From Eledone cirrhosa (taxonomy: Eukaryota): DNA of 64,000 nt. Below, piece by piece: positions 61,551-64,000 of the stretch. The stretch spans positions 318,928,001 to 318,992,000 of the forward strand of contig OZ024741.1 of the NCBI GenBank assembly GCA_964016885.1. The letters are read 5' to 3'. The translations under genes were made by a program, and so were the position numbers. Positions within the stretch are counted from its first letter, which is position 1. Each line of letters starts with the position of its first letter. The notes beneath the pieces were generated by a model that saw nothing but the letters and a program-made list of their open reading frames with translations, was not told the DNA's origin and ran no database searches.

Positions 61551-63984
61551 AGAAAGTGTATATATATAATTTTTAAAATTATCATTTGCAATCATAGAAA
61601 TTACCAGTTGTTTATGATCTTAAACCGAAAGACTATCCATTACTTACTATCCAATGTGTTTTTAATACCGAAGATGGTGTGATTTGGGGGAGATTTAACT
61701 GTTATGGTTGAAGAGAGGAAGAGAATAGGCGAACAAAATTAAAAGGGAATGGATAATGATAAAGAAAAAAAAATGAATTTACAAAACATGTAAAAGGAAG
61801 ATTAGCAAGTGTAAGTTAGGAAGGCTGCTGGAGAGAAAGAGAGAGAGGGGGACTGACAGTAGGCTACTGAGAGAGAGAGTGTGTGTATGTGTAAAACAGA
61901 GACAGAATTGTGTGCGAGAGGAGGGACAGAGACAGTGAGAGAGAGACAAAGATAGCGAGTGAATATGATAGAGACGAAAATAGATAGTGCGTGTGAAAGA
62001 GAGAGAGACACACAGACAATGTGTGTGTGTGAGAGAGAGAATTTAAAAGTATTATGTGAAGGGGTTGTACATGAGAATAATTTACTACTTCAAAAATGTT
62101 TCATTTATTTTAAATATCCACCAAGGAATACATCCTTACTTTTAAAATCAGAGAACTTCTGATAATTTCCGTGAGTGAAAATGACAATAAAATTTTTTTT
62201 TAAAATCAACAAAATCGTAATCTATACCATCTAAAAGTTCAGTACTCTCATCCGACTTTGTTTCCTCATAATTTTCTTAATAATGCATATTTTGCGGAGA
62301 TACATTTTCGAGTGTGGAGGTTACGATTATGTTGATAATTTTTTTTAAAATATCATTTTCATTCACGGAAATTACCGAAAGTTGTCTGATCTTAAAACGA
62401 AGGATTACTTACTCTATTTTCAACGTTTACATGCAGCAAGCAGAAATAAATTCAACACAATATAAGATCCGATATAAAATTGCTAAGTAGCGACACAGAT
62501 TACATAAATAAGAGACAAAACAATTACCATTACATGCACTAGCAGAACTATTAATGTCAGAGAAAAGATGCTTTGTGGTAGTTCCAGCACTTTACATTCA
62601 GAGTTCAAATCCTACCGAGGTCAACTTTGCTTGATCCTTCCCGGGGAAGTTAGACAAAGTAAAATACCAAACACTAAGGTTGATTTAATTGATCCCCGCC
62701 CCCTCTTCAAAATCGCTAGCATTGTGCCTAAATTGGTAACTATTATTTGCCTGGCCCTTGCCATTCTGAGTTCAAATCTCGCCGAGGTTAACTTTGCCTT
62801 TCATCCTTACGGGGTCGATAAAATAAAGTACCAGTAATGTACTCTGATTAATTGCTGGCCTTGTGCCAATAGTAGAAACAATTATTTGCCTTTCATTCTT
62901 CCGGGGTCAATATAATCGACTTTTATCTTCCCCCAATTTACTGGCTTTGTGTCAATATTAGAAAGAATTATTACTGTTCGATAAAATAAAATACCAGTCA
63001 AGTACTGATGTCGATATAATTGACTTCCTCACCCCCACAAATTGCAGGTCTTGTGTCTAACTATCTTTGACACAACAAACACTGCAGGATTTAACCGAAG
63101 AGGTTGTAAAATAAACCATTGCATTAACAATTTGTGTAAAAAAAAACAAAAAAAAAAACAAAAAACAAGCATTGTTTATATTATTTCTTCTGTGTGGAGA
63201 CAATCTGAAGAGAGAGAGAGAACGATAGCCACTACTGGAGAAGAAATGAAAAAAATACAATTTAAATGAAAACAAGAATCGATTGCAAATAATAACCGAA
63301 CTTCTACGGGAACACACATATATACATTCATACATACACACGTGTGTATATATTTATATATACACGCATACATGGATAACATCTACTAATTGAGACTAGT
63401 ATGACTATTATTCAACTTATTAATCACTACTTTAAATAAACTAAAGTGTATATATTACTTAAAGCATGTAAACAAGCTCTACGGTCAAGCTTATCGTAGG
63501 GATTACATGCTTTAAATACTATACACAGATACATGTATGCAACTTCACGTTAAATATACATGAATACAAATTAAGAATGCATCTACTCCTCCGTAGCTTT
63601 TATTCAATATAAGAAAGTGCAAGACAACGATGGGAGGTGAGAGAAAATAAAAAAAGTTAAATATAGCAAAGACAGCGATGAAAAGCAAGCAGAAGATTCC
63701 ATCGATAGTAAATTAGAAATTAGACGTGTTTAGGGAGAACATGTCCGATGAATAATTAACATTATTACGACGACGGCGGCTTTCTTATGGAAACAACAGA
63801 AGGGACTAGCTAGCACCACAACATAAACTGGTGCAAAATGGTTAAAGAAATGAAGAAAATAGTTTTATTGATATTTATTGTTATATATATAATTATATAC
63901 ATATAAAGATATATATATTTGTGTGGCAGTGTGATGCTTACCTCGGATACTTCGTAAAAGCACAGCATTGCTTATCCCCGCCAT
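16759..63984 (-). CDS. spp27: Spliced gene (11 coding exons, 298 aa): DEK-C + SWIB/MDM2 domain protein, upstream activation factor subunit UAF30/Spp27-like
   Basis: Exons 63942-63984, 59648-59738, 41034-41304, 36370-36417, 33143-33205, 31187-31270, 23711-23750, 20253-20323, 19069-19128, 18136-18190 and 16759-16829 all have GT-AG boundaries with matching phases (897 nt total). N-terminus [57 protein letters not shown] is DEK-C-like; C-terminus [69 protein letters not shown] is SWIB-like. Confidence 0.92.
16880..17400 (+). mobile_element. piggyBac (DDE_Tnp_1_7) transposase remnant
   Basis: YWSTD...IM...RY...YLHL...[12 protein letters not shown]...F...Y.PG.NLC...EAMI is the piggyBac core leading to the first catalytic Asp; frameshifted afterwards. 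Confidence 0.85.
18136..18190 (-). CDS. spp27: UAF30/Spp27-like exon 10 ([19 protein letters not shown])
   Basis: tttcag| acceptor, TTG|gtaaat donor, 55 nt; SWIB DPxNKxxxxCDxxLxxVFG motif. Confidence 0.93.
19069..19128 (-). CDS. spp27: UAF30/Spp27-like exon 9 ([20 protein letters not shown])
   Basis: ttttag| acceptor, GAA|gtaagt donor, 60 nt; SWIB RxxVVKxxW motif. Confidence 0.93.
19297..19635 (-). mobile_element. tRNA-derived SINE with CORE-like middle and RTE-derived 3' tail
   Basis: A box TGGCTTAGTGG, B box GAGTTCAATTC, ccttgagcaagacacttt...tcacattgctccagtttactcagctgtagaaatgag, and a tail shared with the RTE 3'UTR plus (GAT)n; near-identical to 54542, 56450 and 58727. Confidence 0.88.
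20253..20323 (-). CDS. spp27: UAF30/Spp27-like exon 8 (SWIB start [24 protein letters not shown])
   Basis: tttcag| acceptor, AGA|gtaagt donor, 71 nt. Confidence 0.92.
20790..21975 (+). mobile_element. Degenerate RTE LINE fragment
   Basis: [25 protein letters not shown] and [17 protein letters not shown] fragments. Confidence 0.82.
23711..23750 (-). CDS. spp27: UAF30/Spp27-like exon 7 ([13 protein letters not shown])
   Basis: ttttgcag| acceptor, AAG|gtaatt donor, 40 nt; supplies the phase 0 to 1 shift needed by exon 8. Confidence 0.87.
24630..26680 (-). mobile_element. Degenerate restriction-like-endonuclease non-LTR retrotransposon (HERO/R2 group)
   Basis: [23 protein letters not shown]...HILSS...YQWRHDCIL (CCHC knuckle and RHD motif) on the minus strand; internal ~150-bp tandem duplication at 24680-24980. 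Confidence 0.72.
26988..27091. repeat. (CTATA/CTATG)n degenerate pentamer microsatellite
   Basis: Read directly from the sequence. Confidence 0.8.
29025..29702. repeat. ~50-59-bp tandem minisatellite, about 12 diverged copies
   Basis: Unit caccttagttgagcagggaaaacacacccctggccctcagcaatctgttagtcagtgt. Confidence 0.9.
31187..31270 (-). CDS. spp27: UAF30/Spp27-like exon 6 ([28 protein letters not shown])
   Basis: atccag| acceptor, |gtaagt donor, 84 nt; DxxLAxxLQxEE helix motif. Confidence 0.9.
33143..33205 (-). CDS. spp27: UAF30/Spp27-like exon 5 ([21 protein letters not shown])
   Basis: tttcag| acceptor, GAA|gtaagt donor, 63 nt, phase 0-0. Confidence 0.85.
34087..34196. repeat. Fold-back inverted repeat (52-nt arms, 6-nt loop) containing the 3' half of a hammerhead-like motif
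   Basis: gaaaaagtatgaccccgacggcagagctcaagccgtttcgacggctatttct / agaaatagccatcgaaacggcttgagctctgacgtcggggtcacactttttc; flanked by (TA)n. Confidence 0.88.
34514..35766 (-). mobile_element. Full-length but decayed Tc1/mariner DD37D (maT-type) transposon
   Basis: TIRs cagggtgcggacagtatttgaggaca / tgtcctcaaataccgtccgcaccctg, TA TSD within (TA)n; SDEKNF and FQQDSAPSH...[13 protein letters not shown] give 37 residues between the 2nd and 3rd Asp after repairing one frameshift. Confidence 0.92.
36370..36417 (-). CDS. spp27: UAF30/Spp27-like exon 4 ([19 protein letters not shown]-like)
   Basis: ttccag| acceptor, AAG|gttagt donor, 48 nt, phase 0-0. Confidence 0.85.
37725..38070 (+). mobile_element. 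CR1 LINE 3' end
   Basis: NTRGHAHKV...[20 protein letters not shown]......FK is the CR1 RT C-terminus; 3'UTR and (ATT)n tail; inverted 3'UTR copies at 51330-51560. Confidence 0.85.
38119..38211 (-). ncRNA. Mirror-image type I hammerhead motif (sense in the host pre-mRNA)
   Basis: Reverse complement gcatat-CTGAGGA...GAAA-CAATTG-TA-atacgt; one mismatch in stem I. Confidence 0.62.
38215..38307 (+). ncRNA. Type I hammerhead ribozyme motif (long helix II region)
   Basis: Stem I ACGTAT/ATACGT, core CTGAGGA, GAAA, palindromic stem III CAATTG, cleavage triplet GUA; helix II pairing is not obvious by eye. Confidence 0.72.
39399..39650 (+). mobile_element. LINE RT fragment (RTE-like)
   Basis: [30 protein letters not shown]. 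Confidence 0.75.
40781..40980. mobile_element. Tc1/mariner-type MITE with a duplicated left end
   Basis: cagggtaacccaaaagtcg at 40781 and again at 40860; right TIR cgcaacttttgggccaccctg|ta. Confidence 0.72.
41034..41304 (-). CDS. spp27: UAF30/Spp27-like exon 3 (end of DEK-C plus Asp/Glu/Ser-rich acidic tract)
   Basis: Polypyrimidine tract and ctccag| acceptor, donor AGG|gtattt, 271 nt; [20 protein letters not shown]...SESR; overlaps ORF 40935..41279. Confidence 0.92.
41695..42115. repeat. ~105-bp tandem repeat (about 4 copies), dispersed copies at 27495-27570 and 42670-42775
   Basis: Unit tgcaattttc...ccactagtaaagatactataaacatttgaattaac...atattttctgctaaatcattacaggatgttaagag. Confidence 0.8.
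43639..43830 (+). mobile_element. tRNA-derived Meta-domain-like SINE
   Basis: Near-identical reverse complement of 4040-4226. Confidence 0.85.
46220..47340 (-). mobile_element. Degenerate RTE LINE fragment
   Basis: Reverse-complement similarity to 14200-15630 (YADD region, agcttctgttacctaggtga, ggtatggacatgtgatgc). Confidence 0.78.
47815..49260. mobile_element. Non-autonomous TA-flanked DNA transposon with CCGTATATACTCG TIRs (Tc2/pogo-like ends)
   Basis: ta|ccgtatatactcgcgtataggtcg ... cgacctatacgcgagtatatacgg|ta, with sub-terminal gcgacctat repeats. Confidence 0.88.
49447..50947. mobile_element. RTE LINE with a 5' inversion (3' end on minus 49447-49745, upstream part on plus 49746-50947)
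   Basis: [22 protein letters not shown] plus (CAT)n on minus; RIARQ...[15 protein letters not shown]...DLENAFDR...YADD...ARVRTGWK on plus. Confidence 0.85.
51947..52204. repeat. Inverted repeat (~94-nt arms, 70-nt spacer) built from a hammerhead-containing unit
   Basis: tattaacaaatgaagatattcacataatcaaaatatatgc...cagtacgtcctca / tgaggacgtactg...gattatgtgaatattttcatttgttaata. Confidence 0.92.
52105..52164 (+). ncRNA. Minimal type I hammerhead ribozyme motif
   Basis: TTTAT-CTGAGGA-c-GTACTG..CAGTAC-cttc-GAAA-TATATA-TA-ATAAA (stem I, core, helix II, palindromic stem III, AUA site). Confidence 0.75.
52258..53260 (+). mobile_element. Mariner DD34D transposon, internally deleted, right TIR missing
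   Basis: Left TIR ta|cgagtggggatcaaaaagtt; [14 protein letters not shown] remnant; MATIFWD; HDNAPAH...[12 protein letters not shown] (34 spacing); the WVP linker and first catalytic Asp are deleted near 52730. Confidence 0.92.
53262..53935 (+). mobile_element. 3' end of a Penelope-like retroelement (GIY-YIG endonuclease plus hammerhead-bearing terminus)
   Basis: VIY...YMG...[10 protein letters not shown]...[11 protein letters not shown]...IQW...CGLC..E...LNTRNE follows the PLE GIY-YIG pattern; hammerhead 160 nt after the stop. Confidence 0.88.
53862..53901 (+). ncRNA. Minimal type I hammerhead ribozyme of the Penelope-like element
   Basis: CCGAG-CTGAGGA-tcc gctaa ggt-GAAA-CAATTG-TT-CTCGG; stem I extends as ccat/atgg. 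Confidence 0.85.
53997..54064 (-). ncRNA. Type I hammerhead ribozyme motif (sense in the host pre-mRNA)
   Basis: Reverse complement ATTTTAT-CTGATGA-gaacac...gttttc-GAAA-TGTGCA-TA-ATAAAAT. Confidence 0.78.
54329..54384 (-). ncRNA. Type I hammerhead motif with one core substitution (GGAA for GAAA)
   Basis: Reverse complement ACTGC-CTGATGA-ggtcatagc cattcaata gctatcatc-GGAA-TATATA-TA-GCAGT. Confidence 0.7.
54542..54842 (+). mobile_element. tRNA/CORE-like SINE, 3'-truncated and joined to an RTE LINE
   Basis: Same family as 19297-19635; ends at cccttgcaag. Confidence 0.85.
54843..55830 (+). mobile_element. 5'-truncated RTE LINE (young family, matches 982-1970)
   Basis: ORF 54810..55439 is almost identical to ORF 1375..2151; 3'UTR and (GAT)n tail. 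Confidence 0.93.
55919..56448. repeat. ~530-nt (TA)n/TAAA compound microsatellite
   Basis: Read directly; it produces the spurious YI-repeat ORFs. Confidence 0.97.
56450..56770 (+). mobile_element. tRNA/CORE-like SINE with RTE tail
   Basis: Near-identical to 58727-59065. Confidence 0.88.
56965..57718 (+). mobile_element. 5'-truncated RTE LINE 3' end
   Basis: [34 protein letters not shown]; 3'UTR and (GAT)n tail. Confidence 0.88.
58727..59065 (+). mobile_element. tRNA/CORE-like SINE with RTE tail
   Basis: A and B boxes, CORE-like segment, ggaagggcatccagctgtagaaa and (GAT)n tail. Confidence 0.88.
59648..59738 (-). CDS. spp27: UAF30/Spp27-like exon 2 (DEK-C core [30 protein letters not shown])
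   Basis: Acceptor tttcag|, donor CAG|gtatgt, 91 nt, phase 1 to 2. Confidence 0.93.
59788..60270 (-). mobile_element. RTE-3'UTR-derived element with an internal ~43-bp tandem array (about 7 units)
   Basis: Repeated tgggtgctttttgccgtgacacctacacaaccactttacagtg next to the RTE tail; shorter arrays at 35890-36215 and 40428-40710. Confidence 0.8.
63942..63984 (-). CDS. spp27: UAF30/Spp27-like exon 1 ([14 protein letters not shown])
   Basis: ATG in gaaaATGG context; donor GAG|gtaagc, phase 1, joins exon 2 to give the DEK-C start [10 protein letters not shown]. Confidence 0.88.
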
Positions 63985-64000
63985 TTTCTGTGTTCAACTC

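Overview
AT-rich, repeat-dense animal genomic DNA. The repeat landscape (RTE LINEs with (CAT)n tails, tRNA-derived SINEs, long (TA)n tracts) resembles an octopus/cephalopod genome; this is inference only. One host gene can be rebuilt by hand on the minus strand: 11 short GT-AG coding exons (63984 to 16759, 897 nt, all phases consistent) encoding a 298-aa DEK-C / acidic / basic / SWIB-MDM2 protein (UAF30/Spp27-like), plus a probable 3'UTR-only last exon. The rest is mostly mobile DNA: a near full-length GC-rich RTE LINE, several copies of a second RTE family, CR1 and HERO/R2-like remnants, DD37D and DD34D Tc1/mariner elements, Merlin and piggyBac remnants, TTAA MITEs, two SINE families, and mini/microsatellites. 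The most notable signal is absent from the ORF track: introns 2-4 carry at least six sequence-diverse type I hammerhead ribozyme motifs plus several degenerate ones. Several sit in fold-back cassettes next to (TA)n tracts, and one directly follows a Penelope-like GIY-YIG endonuclease fused in frame to a mariner transposase fragment. All calls were read by eye; no searches or folding programs were run.
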